From positions 64,001-128,000 of the IMG/VR virus record IMGVR_UViG_3300032246_002821: 64,000 nucleotides of DNA; one strand, 5' to 3'. Below are positions 28,082-37,567 of the stretch, in pieces. The DNA comes from a virus. The notes beneath the pieces were generated by a model. That model made no database searches, had not been told where the DNA came from, and saw nothing but the letters and a program-made list of their open reading frames with translations. The number at the start of each line of letters is the position of its first letter. Position 1 is the stretch's first letter. Position numbers and translations under genes: made by a program.

Positions 28082-29143
28082 TTAATATAATCGGCTGGTG
28101 TCGATACCATATTCAGTCACTATACGCTGAATAAAGCCACATGTCAAATTATTATAATAGGCCAGAGGCACACCAGAATGTTTTTCCATATCGATAAGGA
28201 ATTTTACCAAGCTGATCTGTTGGAATTTTTTGTTAGAGTAATCCCGTACAGGTATGTTTAATTGGTCACAGGCCACCTGGTCTAGCACTGCTAGATTCAA
28301 GTATTTGGGGAATTCCAGATAATTGTCATCCACAGTCACCAATTTATCTGGTGGTTGACGGTAGACATAATCGTCAAACCCTGCCTTGTCGAAGATGGTG
28401 AGGCAATTTATCGTGTTGATAAATTCCACGTGTGTCACTTGTGGTATCTGATATAATTTTTGTTGATTTTTTTCAAACTTCTCTGCATCAAATCCCAGTC
28501 GTATTTTTTCAGCCACAGGCAGACTGCTATCCAGACTGACACTGATTTTTATTTCGCAGCCAGATGTCTTGCTGAAAAATTTATCCCAGATAGTCATTGT
28601 TTCTGGGCACAGATTACTGGTGATCTTATACAGTATGCCAGGTTTAAAAACATATTCATCTATGAATCTACTGAAATGTTTGCTCATAAACGGTTCGCCA
28701 CCCATTACCTGGATTTCAGTAAATTGGTCCTGTTCCAAAGCCGCTATTAGATCCGGTATATCCACCTGTTTGGTTAAGCTGTTTACTGGGGTATTCTTTA
28801 TGCTCTGCCAACGGCTGCTGAATTTGGGACCGCAATACAGACAAGTGAAATTACAGGTGTTATCAAAAGTTATCTCCACACTCTTGTGGTTTAAAGATCG
28901 ATTTTTATGATAACGTCTGCTGATCAGATTGTTTTTTTCAGCTTGCCAGCAATAGTCGCAACTGGGATCAGGTATACCGGCATCCAATGCAGCTTTCTGC
29001 TGTTGTATCGCTGGATGGTTTAACAGTGAACTCACGCTAGTGTCTGTGATATGTACCGGTGTGCTTTTACAGCAACTGGCTATCAACCCTGTGTGTAACC
29101 ATAGATTGATCTCTGAACCTTTGGCTCGGCAACTGTAATCCAT
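28082..29143 (-). CDS. Radical SAM protein with N-terminal twitch/SPASM-like Cys motifs
   Basis: CCK...CDYCW, then TCNFTCLYC (CxxxCxxC) and MGGEPF. Confidence 0.88.
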   Translation of the reverse strand: MDYSCRAKGSEINLWLHTGLIASCCKSTPVHITDTSVSSLLNHPAIQQQKAALDAGIPDPSCDYCWQAEKNNLISRRYHKNRSLNHKSVEITFDNTCNFTCLYCGPKFSSRWQSIKNTPVNSLTKQVDIPDLIAALEQDQFTEIQVMGGEPFMSKHFSRFIDEYVFKPGILYKITSNLCPETMTIWDKFFSKTSGCEIKISVSLDSSLPVAEKIRLGFDAEKFEKNQQKLYQIPQVTHVEFINTINCLTIFDKAGFDDYVYRQPPDKLVTVDDNYLEFPKYLNLAVLDQVACDQLNIPVRDYSNKKFQQISLVKFLIDMEKHSGVPLAYYNNLTCGFIQRIVTEYGIDTSRLY

Positions 29144-29159
29144 ACTTTATATATGAAAA

Positions 29160-29178
29160 AGCCCGGCATTGCCGGGCT
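29160..29178 (-). terminator. Rho-independent terminator
   Basis: AGCCCGGC-AAT-GCCGGGCT followed by TTTT on minus strand. Confidence 0.75.
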
Positions 29179-29187
29179 AATCTGTTC

Positions 29188-31317
29188 TTAACGTAGGCCT
29201 GCCAACCAGGCTATCTTTTCTATGCTTGACTCTGCCACAGCATCGGCACTTTCAATAGTTGTCATACCAATACCAGGAGGCATTTTTTTGATCACATTGT
29301 CTCGTTCTTTCTTGTCTGCATTGTATGCAGGAGCATTGGGCACGTAGTGTTGATTGCCTTTTCTGTCTGTGTAGCTGTCTTTGACCGCTGGGCTAGTGTC
29401 AGCACCTAGATCTGCCGGACGGCGTGGTGGCAGTGGCACATTGCCAGTCTTGTCTGTGAAAGCTGTGTTGCTGAACATCTTGTTCAAACCTTCACGATCA
29501 GCTTGACTGGGTTGGCTAACAAAGGGATCTGCAATTCTTCTACTCTGATTATCAAAGCTAGCAGGACGATCAGCTTGACTGGGTTGGCTAACAAAGGGAT
29601 CTGCAATTCTTCTACTCTGATTATCAAAGCTAGCAGGACGATCAGATGGACTGGGTTGATCGCTTTCATTCTTCTGGAAGAACTGGCGAGCATCTGGCAT
29701 AGGAGCAGGACCGCTGTCTGGTGACATTTGTGGAATACCACTGTTTGGTGGCATTGGTGGAAGATAGTTTTCCTGATCCGGTGGGCCTTGGATACCGCTC
29801 AATGCTTTGAGTTTGTCTAGCACCTTTGAGTAGTAAGTATCATCAGTACTTTTTGCATATTTTGCGTGAACAGGTCTAATTGGATTATATGTGATGCCGT
29901 ACTGAGTACCCAAGTTAGCGATATCGCTACTTAAACCAGCATTATCTCTGTCCACTTTCGATCCAGGTGCGGCCATCGCCGCGCGATCATATGGAGTGGG
30001 TTCTGCTTCATCCTTGGTGCTGGTGCCACCACTGTCTGGTGCCATATCACCCGGACCTTCTTGAATACCGCTCAGTGTTTTGAGTCTGGCGATATCGTCA
30101 GATACCATTTCTTCACCTGGATGATCATTACTGTCCCACATGGTTTTAGTGCCTGTGCCTTGCAGTGTATAGGGATCAGGATTAATTCGGCCAGGGATAA
30201 CAGGCATATTCAATTCAGGTGCAGATTTTGGAGCAGCAGGTGGGGTAGACATTTTTGGTGCAGGGCCATCAGGTGTCTGCATGAATTTAGGAACATCTGC
30301 TTTGGGCGCATCTCTTCCACCACCCATAGAATATGGGTCCCGTCTGCCTGCCTGTGGTACGGTTGTAGGAGGCGGAGGAGGAGGGGCATCTAGACCACCA
30401 CCCATAGAATATGGGTCCTGTCTGCCTGCCTGTGGTACAGAAACTGGATTACTGGGCGGATTTTTCATCTTGGGAGCAGGTCCATCTGAACTTCCGCCAC
30501 CCCAGTCATAGGGATTAGGCTTGATAGGCGCAATAGGAGCAGTACCAGTTGGTGGTGGAACAGGTTTAGCGCCAGGACCGAAACCAGGAATTGGTTCATT
30601 TATTGTTAATAATGGTTTTTCACGAGGAGGAGTGCCTGGCTCTGGTGCGCCAGGTTGTTTCAATTGGGCAGGGTCTGGTCTGCTCATTTGGTTAGGAGGA
30701 ATATTTGCAGCAGGAGGAGTCATACCTGTTGTGCTGCCAGGACCGAATTGACCGCCAGGTGCGGTTGGACTGGGTGTAGCAGGTGCTGGTGCTGGTTTAG
30801 CAGGTGCGGGTGTTGCTGGTTGTGTTGGCGCAGCAGGACGATAGGCCTGTTGATCAGGATTCAGATTCTTCTGGATCACGTCAGGATCGTTTGCTCCGCC
30901 CTTACGTGCAGTCAAACCTTTTTGTTGGTTCATATACTGGCCCAGTGTGGCATTGGGATTGCCGACTTCTTTTCTAAACTGATCCAATTGATCTTTGGTA
31001 ACAACAGGTGCTTTAGCAGCTGGTGCCGGGGCAGCGGGTGCTGGTTTAGCAGTTTCAGGCCCAGGAGTGCTGAAGAATCTGGTGTTGTCACCAGGCATCT
31101 TGTCGAAACGGCCTTTTTCATCGCCATACAAGCCAGGACCGGCCTGTGATTTAGTGCCCAGTGGAACCACAGGACCGCCATCGCCGGGATCACGATAATA
31201 TTGTCTGCCATCGTCAGCAGGCGCAGCAGACTTTTTAGGTGCTTCTGCGATATTGAATTCGTTCAGCTGTAGACCAGCTAATTTTTTCATTTCGTTCAAA
31301 GGGTCTTTGTTGGCCAT
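29188..31317 (-). CDS. Pro-rich low-complexity putative virion/head protein (709 aa)
   Basis: TAAATA late promoter; four L-x-x-L(A/S)G(L/I) motifs; internal repeats. Confidence 0.7.
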   Translation of the reverse strand: MANKDPLNEMKKLAGLQLNEFNIAEAPKKSAAPADDGRQYYRDPGDGGPVVPLGTKSQAGPGLYGDEKGRFDKMPGDNTRFFSTPGPETAKPAPAAPAPAAKAPVVTKDQLDQFRKEVGNPNATLGQYMNQQKGLTARKGGANDPDVIQKNLNPDQQAYRPAAPTQPATPAPAKPAPAPATPSPTAPGGQFGPGSTTGMTPPAANIPPNQMSRPDPAQLKQPGAPEPGTPPREKPLLTINEPIPGFGPGAKPVPPPTGTAPIAPIKPNPYDWGGGSSDGPAPKMKNPPSNPVSVPQAGRQDPYSMGGGLDAPPPPPPTTVPQAGRRDPYSMGGGRDAPKADVPKFMQTPDGPAPKMSTPPAAPKSAPELNMPVIPGRINPDPYTLQGTGTKTMWDSNDHPGEEMVSDDIARLKTLSGIQEGPGDMAPDSGGTSTKDEAEPTPYDRAAMAAPGSKVDRDNAGLSSDIANLGTQYGITYNPIRPVHAKYAKSTDDTYYSKVLDKLKALSGIQGPPDQENYLPPMPPNSGIPQMSPDSGPAPMPDARQFFQKNESDQPSPSDRPASFDNQSRRIADPFVSQPSQADRPASFDNQSRRIADPFVSQPSQADREGLNKMFSNTAFTDKTGNVPLPPRRPADLGADTSPAVKDSYTDRKGNQHYVPNAPAYNADKKERDNVIKKMPPGIGMTTIESADAVAESSIEKIAWLAGLR
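29494..29637. repeat. Two perfect tandem 72-bp repeats (24 aa) plus partial third
   Basis: DRPASFDNQSRRIADPFVSQPSQA x2, identical at DNA level. Confidence 0.95.
30317..30438. repeat. Two 44-bp direct repeats (VPQAGRxDPYSMGGG)
   Basis: 30317-30360 and 30395-30438, one mismatch. Confidence 0.9.
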
Positions 31318-31341
31318 CTCTTTTCCAGTATGTTGTTGTAA

Positions 31342-34300
31342 TTATTTATTCAATCCGGCTAATCTACGCAGCGTATTGATGCTTTCTGTTGTCTCGCCTG
31401 AGTTTTCCACCGGCTCGCTATTATTGGCAGGTTTGGGCATATTGGTGCTGTTGTTGGCAGAACTGGTACCACTTGCTGGATTGGCTGAACTGGTATCCAC
31501 AGGTTTAGGCGCAGTTATACCAGCTGGTCCAGCAGGTTGGGTAGGAGGTACTGGTGTACCCGCCGCAGTAGTTTTACTGGCATTGGGATCAGTGCTCATA
31601 GGAGCAGGTGTAGCTGGTTTAGGTTGTCCTGCAGGTACGCTCACTGCCACTTGGGCTTTGTCTGATTGCGGAGGTGTAGCTTCCGCCACTCCAGTTTCCT
31701 TGTAGTAAGCACGTTCACGCAATGTTTTGGCCATCTTGCTCAGAGCCTGAAGATCTAAGTTGCGGCTGTCTTCTATGCGACTTTTGGCCCAATCCCTTGT
31801 GCCATAACCTTGTTCTGTATTTTGTGGTTCTGCTAAATCCAGATATTTGTAATCAGGATGGCCTTTGTGTAACCTGCTGCGATAAATGCCAGGTCCCATT
31901 CTCTCCCAGTCTTTGCCCAGTTCACGGACTTTATGGGGAATATCCGCTAATCTATCACCAGAATACATCTCCAGCCATCTGTGATCCACGTCACGACCGC
32001 TTTTGCCAGGACCCTTGCCGTCTCCTCTGCCTGTTCCTTCCCCGCCACCTTGTCCGCCACCAGTGCCTGTGCCCTGTCCTGGACCTCTGCCTGTGCCATC
32101 GCCTTTACCTGCGCCGCCACCACGGCCGCCGCCACCGGGGCTCATATTGTATTCACGTTCACGGGGATCGCCTTTGCCGCCACCAGCTCTGCTAGCACGT
32201 TGTTCAGCACTGCTGCCGAATTCCTTTTGTGCGAATTCCTCGCGGCTGATGCCACTAGTGGGTCCGCCTTTGGTGATATATGGATCAATGATTTTTCTGC
32301 CCTGGTTGTCATAGGTAACAGGTCTGTTATCGTTGGGATCATCGGTAGCCAGCTCGTGACCGTTTTCAGTGTATTTGGGACCGCTTGCTCCAGGCTTGCC
32401 TCTCTGAGGACTAGGCTGAACATCCACACCAGTGGGGGTATTACGCACTGTGCTGCCCTTGGGGCTGGTCATCACACCAGGTTGATCAGCAGGTGCTATG
32501 GCATTGGCATCACCTGTGCCGCCTGGCACTCCGGGTTTACCAAAAGTACCACTGGGAGCAGGTCTGCCGTAACTGGGTGTAGGTGGTGTCTGAGTAGGTT
32601 CTGCTTTAGGCTCAGGTGGTTTTTCCGTAGGTTTATCGAATGTGGTAGTGGGACTTGGCCTTGCATAGCTGGGTGCTTGAGGCTGTGGTTCAGTCTTTGC
32701 TGGTTCTGGTGGTTTCTCAGGTGGCTTTTCCACAGGTTTATTGAAAGTGGTTGTAGGCGCAGGTCTGGCGTAACTGGGTGCCTGGGGCTGTGGTTCAGTC
32801 TTTGCTGGTTCTGGTGGTTTCTCAGGTGGCTTTTCCACAGGTTTATTGAAAGTGGTTGTAGGCGCAGGTCTGGCGTAACTGGGCGCCTGCGGCTTGGGTT
32901 CTGTTTTTTCTGGTTCGGTTTTCTCAGGTTCTGTAGGCGTGACCCGCTGTTGTTCAGGTTCTTTGGCCAAGAGTTCTTTGTACAACTCATCCTGAGTTTT
33001 GGGCTGTGTCTGAGGTTTAGGCGCAGGCTGTGGTTCCAGTTCCTGATCTTGTGCCAATTTATCCATCATATCTTTGAAAGCAGCCAACGCATCAGGCGTG
33101 GGTTTATCGACTGGCTGCTCTGGCTTTACAGTGACTTTTTGCTTTGGTGTGATGATGATAGGATTGTTTTCAGCGCCAGGTCCGCCTTGTCCAGGCAGCT
33201 TGCTGAAATCTTGTTGCGGTTCTTTGTCATCGGCACTGGTAGCATCAGCACTTGTAGCAGGTACTGTACCCGTTGTGCTTGATTGTGTACTGGTGTTACC
33301 AGATCCGCCTTGATCTCTGGGTGCGTGGATTTCTGGATTGTACCTTACTCTGGGATCGTGCTGCTGGGTGTCGGTGCCAGGGGGCAATTCAGGAATAGTT
33401 GTTACTCTCATCGGGGAATCAGGAGGAGGGGGTTCGTATGGTTCTAATTCAGCATCTGGATCAGGATAAATGTGAGGACCTGGCAGGTTAACATCAGGTA
33501 AATTGGGGTCTTTTGCAATACCATAAGGAAGTGGTGGAGTTTTATTTGGGTCGTTCAAACCAGCATTTTTCTTTAAGGCATCCAGTGGATCTGTTTTAAC
33601 TGGTTGTTGACCAGCAGGCTGAGGAACATCTCGTTGATCCATATCTTGTGCTTGCTGTGCTTGCTTTTCGCTAGGATCTATCTTTACTTGCACTCCTGCA
33701 TTTTTCTTGAGTGTGTCCAAGGGATCCTCAGGATCCCATAAAAAAATTTCAAACGGCTCTGTTCTTTTATATTTTACGCTATCAGGCACATTATCTATAT
33801 CTTTTGCTTTGAATGTGTCAACTTTTTTATCAGGATTTGCCTGATTCCACTTTTGCAATTCATTATGGGTATAAGATTCTGGACTAGTGGCAGGGCTCAT
33901 TGGCTGATATTCACCAGGAGGCGGCGCAGGTGACTGAGCCGGAGTACCGCCTACTTCAGATCCTGGCGTTGTGGCTTGTGAAGGACTGGGTGTCTTTTCA
34001 GCTGAACTGGGTCCACCTGTACTGGCGGCACTGTCTGGCGATCCACCGCCACCACCGCCACCGCCTTTTTTAAACACAACCACACCAGTTGGTGCGTTCA
34101 TTGCATAACTGCCACTGGGACTGGTCATCACACCAGGCTGGGATTTCAGTGGTATGGTATCCTGGCTGAATTCATCATCTGGAGTATTTTTTTTTAAATC
34201 GGGAGTAGTAGTACTAGCTGGAGGTTCAGGGTTAGTAATTACTTTGTCCTGATTACTTGCAGGAGGTGTATTAGATGGCGCCTCGGGATCTGGACTGTCA

Positions 34301-35124
34301 TCATTCAAGATACCAGCCAGTCTCTGTAATTCTGTCAGCTTACTGTTGTTTTTTACTGTTGCGCTTTCCTCAGGATTAAACCCACTGCTCTTGTTGAAAA
34401 CATCCAGGGTCTTTTGATCAGGTTTATCAGTCTTACTTTGTGGAGGCAAATCGTTGACATCTCGTTTATCCATAGCTTGAGCTTGAGCTTGAGCTTGATT
34501 ATCTGCAGGCTGCGGTTGCTGTTTTTGAGCAGCAGCTTGTTTTTCATTATAACCATAAACGGTTTTATCGTAGGGTATGGTGGTGATACCAGTATCTGGA
34601 TCAGGTAGAGGATCTTGACCAGGAAATTGAGATAGTGCATCTTTAGCAAGTTGTCCTGCTATAGGTGCAGCTAAAGCACCGTGAAGTGCTGCACTTACTT
34701 TTGCGCCTGGACTCATCAATGGTTTGGCAGGTGTTGCAGGCGCTGGTGGTGGCGGTGCGCTTATAGTATTACCAGGAGGATTGGGTTGGCCTGGAGACCA
34801 AGTGGGTACTTCCTGATAAGGTACAATGTTTTTTGGTGCAGAAACAGCAGATGGTTCTGCACTAGTAGTGCTGCGTGTGGTACGCATACTGGGATCCACC
34901 CGCACTTCAGGCCCGCCAGGACTGGGTCTGCTGGGCATATAACGGCTGGCTGGCACGATAGGTGGTACTTCTGGTCCCACCTTATTTCTACTACCATAAG
35001 GATCAGTTGGGTCGCCAGGACCCGCCTCTGCTATGCTCTGTACTTCGCGCATTTTGGCACGGTTACGCAAGTTGTGTGTGAATTCTTTAAGTGCGTTAAA
35101 GTAGTTTCTTGGATCTTGTGCCAT
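31342..35124 (-). CDS. Very large Pro/Thr/Gly-rich putative virion/head protein (1260 aa)
   Basis: TAAGTA late-like promoter; LxxLAG/LKKNAG motifs; internal repeats. Confidence 0.7.
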   Translation of the reverse strand: MAQDPRNYFNALKEFTHNLRNRAKMREVQSIAEAGPGDPTDPYGSRNKVGPEVPPIVPASRYMPSRPSPGGPEVRVDPSMRTTRSTTSAEPSAVSAPKNIVPYQEVPTWSPGQPNPPGNTISAPPPPAPATPAKPLMSPGAKVSAALHGALAAPIAGQLAKDALSQFPGQDPLPDPDTGITTIPYDKTVYGYNEKQAAAQKQQPQPADNQAQAQAQAMDKRDVNDLPPQSKTDKPDQKTLDVFNKSSGFNPEESATVKNNSKLTELQRLAGILNDDSPDPEAPSNTPPASNQDKVITNPEPPASTTTPDLKKNTPDDEFSQDTIPLKSQPGVMTSPSGSYAMNAPTGVVVFKKGGGGGGGGSPDSAASTGGPSSAEKTPSPSQATTPGSEVGGTPAQSPAPPPGEYQPMSPATSPESYTHNELQKWNQANPDKKVDTFKAKDIDNVPDSVKYKRTEPFEIFLWDPEDPLDTLKKNAGVQVKIDPSEKQAQQAQDMDQRDVPQPAGQQPVKTDPLDALKKNAGLNDPNKTPPLPYGIAKDPNLPDVNLPGPHIYPDPDAELEPYEPPPPDSPMRVTTIPELPPGTDTQQHDPRVRYNPEIHAPRDQGGSGNTSTQSSTTGTVPATSADATSADDKEPQQDFSKLPGQGGPGAENNPIIITPKQKVTVKPEQPVDKPTPDALAAFKDMMDKLAQDQELEPQPAPKPQTQPKTQDELYKELLAKEPEQQRVTPTEPEKTEPEKTEPKPQAPSYARPAPTTTFNKPVEKPPEKPPEPAKTEPQPQAPSYARPAPTTTFNKPVEKPPEKPPEPAKTEPQPQAPSYARPSPTTTFDKPTEKPPEPKAEPTQTPPTPSYGRPAPSGTFGKPGVPGGTGDANAIAPADQPGVMTSPKGSTVRNTPTGVDVQPSPQRGKPGASGPKYTENGHELATDDPNDNRPVTYDNQGRKIIDPYITKGGPTSGISREEFAQKEFGSSAEQRASRAGGGKGDPREREYNMSPGGGGRGGGAGKGDGTGRGPGQGTGTGGGQGGGEGTGRGDGKGPGKSGRDVDHRWLEMYSGDRLADIPHKVRELGKDWERMGPGIYRSRLHKGHPDYKYLDLAEPQNTEQGYGTRDWAKSRIEDSRNLDLQALSKMAKTLRERAYYKETGVAEATPPQSDKAQVAVSVPAGQPKPATPAPMSTDPNASKTTAAGTPVPPTQPAGPAGITAPKPVDTSSANPASGTSSANNSTNMPKPANNSEPVENSGETTESINTLRRLAGLNK
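32681..32890. repeat. 105-bp (35 aa) tandem repeat, about 2 near-perfect copies plus degenerate flanks
   Basis: TEPQPQAPSYARPAPTTTFNKPVEKPPEKPPEPAK unit; period 105 measured between 32681 and 32786. Confidence 0.9.
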
Positions 35125-35141
35125 TATGATTTCCGTTTATA

Positions 35142-37556
35142 TTACTTAGGTGCGTAAGGTGTTAGCTGGCCTGCCAGTTTCATAAGTTCCAAGATACTTT
35201 CATCCATCTTGTTACCTTCCACTTTGTATGTCTTTCCACCCACTTCGAACTCATCTTTGTGTGCGGCTCTGGCTTTGGCTAGCTCTCCAGAGAATTCATT
35301 GCCTTCGTCTGTGACTTCTTCTTCCACATCTGTTTTCTTGTCGGCAGCGGCTTTCTTCATGCTTTCTTTTCTGTCGCCGTCTTTATCCAGATCGATATAA
35401 TCGGGTTTAGCAGCTTCTTTGATTCCAGCCAGGTTTTTTAAAGTATCCATTGCTTCGTCTGTCTTCTTGTCGCCACGCATCATTGCGAAATCGTCAGCAT
35501 CTATCTTGTCGTTATGGTTTTTATCCAGTTGTTTCTGTTTACCTTTCAGCATATCTTCTTCCATATCGTCCTCTGTGGCCATATGATGTACTTGGCCTTG
35601 TTCGTGACGGCTGGCCATAGTGTCAGTGGCCATAGCCAGATAGTCAGCTGCTTTGGTAATTTTAGCCTGGATCCATTCTGGCAGATTCTCATCGCTAGCC
35701 ATCAGTGCATCCAGTTCTTCAGCAGCACGAGCGATAGTGTGCAACTGTGTCTTGGCCATACCAGCTTCGCCATCATATTCATCGTGGCTGTGTGGCGCGG
35801 CCTGATCATCGTCTGTGCTCATTTCCATACCATCATCAGTGGTCTCATCTTCATCAGCATAGATGTAGTTTTCCTGGATGATGTTACGTATGCTGTATAT
35901 CATACCGTCCAGGTGTTCGCTGATCTGTTCATGTGTCCAAGGAGCAAAACTTTCTTCCATATGTTCTGCATCATATGCTTCTGTTGTTTCTGTGTGATCC
36001 TGTTCGGTTTCTGTCATTCCTGAACCGCTCCAGCACTCATCCATACCGTGTACTGGGCACATCTCACCAGCTTCTGTCATATTGCAACTGGCTTCGTTCA
36101 CAGGTTCTTCACCCATACCCATGATCTGTTCTTCGAATTCGTCTGCAGGACTACGGCTCTTTTTTGCCATTAGTTTACGAGCTTCGGGATTCTGTCTCAC
36201 CTGTTCTGCGTATGCAGGATTGCGTTTGATCTCAGCTAAATCACGCATATACTTCTGCGCCAACATGATAGCCAGCTTCTTATCTCTATTGTATTCATCA
36301 TTGGGACGTTGGCCGAAGGCTTCGCCTTCGCTGCTGACCAGGTCGCCCATCAGTGCAGCAAAGTTGGCTACATCGTCGCCGTCTGATGCGATTGTGCGGT
36401 TTGCCACATCGCCCAGCACAGCACTCAACAGTGCTTTGTTGTCTGTGTAACGACGGCTGATCATCAGGCTGTCCATTGCTGGATCAGCTTTGAGTACCAA
36501 CTGCCAATCGGGGTCCATAATTTTTTGTTCTACAGCGCCTGATGCTTCTGATAGATTTAACATTGCACTTTCCTTTAATCTTTTGTAAGCACCGGCTGCA
36601 CTGCCAATGTAATTGTCCAAATTCTCGTTGTAAGCCTGGGTGGTGAACCAGCCTTTCACTTCTGTGATGTCATCGTCAGATTCAGGCAATAGCTGCACCA
36701 ATGATTCCAGACAGTCTGTGAAATTACGGCTGTTGTTGCTCATACGTAGCAGATTGCCACGGATGCTTTCTTTCATCTGTTGAGCAGCACGGATAACGTG
36801 ACCTGCCTGTTCAGATTCGAATGTCTTGGTGCGTGTTGCGCTGGTAAATCTGCTGAGATTACGCATCTCGTTTACCGCGCGGCTGATGATCTTTCCATTT
36901 GTATCGTAGGGATTGCCACCGCGACCGATGTAATTCGCCATGGCCTTTGCCCCGCTCACACTCTTGAATGGCAGCAGGAATTTCTCACCTGACTCGTTGA
37001 CACAATAGATACGATCCACTTTGAGCAGACGATTGTTGGTGTTCTCCAGCATCTTTTCACTGTGTACAACGTGGATTGTGACATTGTTCACATTACCTTC
37101 GCTGATCTTACCACGGCGTCTCCAGTCCACACGCCCTTCCATGATGCTTTCATTCTTAATCTTTTTCTTTTCTGGATTTAGCTTAATCATATACTGCAAG
37201 TCCTGTCTGCTGAGTGTGTCTTTGGTGATGTCACGTACATCGAAGTTTAACATATGACTCTTGGCCATCCTGCGTAATTCACGCAGGAATCGGTACCAGT
37301 AGGGCTTGTCTTCTGGCAACATACGTTCGGTGATATCAGTGTCGAAAAACACTTTTAAACTGTTGTTATCCACGACACTGCACATGATATGCCCGTAGGG
37401 TCTCAGGCTTTCTTTATCTGTGTATACGAAATTAAAAAATCTGGCTTTATCTGGATCTACAGTGGTGTTGCCATCCTCGTCTCCCATATTGATCTTGGGA
37501 AAGCGATTACGCAGTTTAAAAAATAGATCTTGTGCAGCGTTGCTAATATCAGTCAT
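35142..37556 (-). CDS. Putative head/prohead-core structural protein (804 aa)
   Basis: TAAATA promoter; globular N-terminal half; acidic C-terminal half with many xxE potential cleavage sites and EF-hand-like loops. Confidence 0.6.
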   Translation of the reverse strand: MTDISNAAQDLFFKLRNRFPKINMGDEDGNTTVDPDKARFFNFVYTDKESLRPYGHIMCSVVDNNSLKVFFDTDITERMLPEDKPYWYRFLRELRRMAKSHMLNFDVRDITKDTLSRQDLQYMIKLNPEKKKIKNESIMEGRVDWRRRGKISEGNVNNVTIHVVHSEKMLENTNNRLLKVDRIYCVNESGEKFLLPFKSVSGAKAMANYIGRGGNPYDTNGKIISRAVNEMRNLSRFTSATRTKTFESEQAGHVIRAAQQMKESIRGNLLRMSNNSRNFTDCLESLVQLLPESDDDITEVKGWFTTQAYNENLDNYIGSAAGAYKRLKESAMLNLSEASGAVEQKIMDPDWQLVLKADPAMDSLMISRRYTDNKALLSAVLGDVANRTIASDGDDVANFAALMGDLVSSEGEAFGQRPNDEYNRDKKLAIMLAQKYMRDLAEIKRNPAYAEQVRQNPEARKLMAKKSRSPADEFEEQIMGMGEEPVNEASCNMTEAGEMCPVHGMDECWSGSGMTETEQDHTETTEAYDAEHMEESFAPWTHEQISEHLDGMIYSIRNIIQENYIYADEDETTDDGMEMSTDDDQAAPHSHDEYDGEAGMAKTQLHTIARAAEELDALMASDENLPEWIQAKITKAADYLAMATDTMASRHEQGQVHHMATEDDMEEDMLKGKQKQLDKNHNDKIDADDFAMMRGDKKTDEAMDTLKNLAGIKEAAKPDYIDLDKDGDRKESMKKAAADKKTDVEEEVTDEGNEFSGELAKARAAHKDEFEVGGKTYKVEGNKMDESILELMKLAGQLTPYAPK

Positions 37557-37567
37557 ACGGTATTTAT

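Noticed and set aside
29494-32890. Tandem repeats as a possible CRISPR array or DGR template/variable repeat
   Set aside because: Units are multiples of 3 nt, in-frame in a CDS and have no unique spacers; no adenine-specific mismatch pattern or reverse transcriptase in the window
31981-33282. 433-aa plus-strand ORF and many other 100-270 aa antisense ORFs (e.g. 9912-10586, 11130-11891, 15235-15984, 47748-48539, 57425-58231, 62696-63394)
   Set aside because: They lie wholly antisense to well-supported genes, have no motifs, RBS or promoter, and are explained by codon bias and low-complexity sequence in the real strand
34187-34198. A9 run / TTTAAAAAAAAA slippery-looking site in the 1260-aa gene
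   Set aside because: Reads naturally as Leu-Lys-Lys-Asn of the LKKN motif used elsewhere; no downstream stimulatory structure or meaningful alternative frame seen
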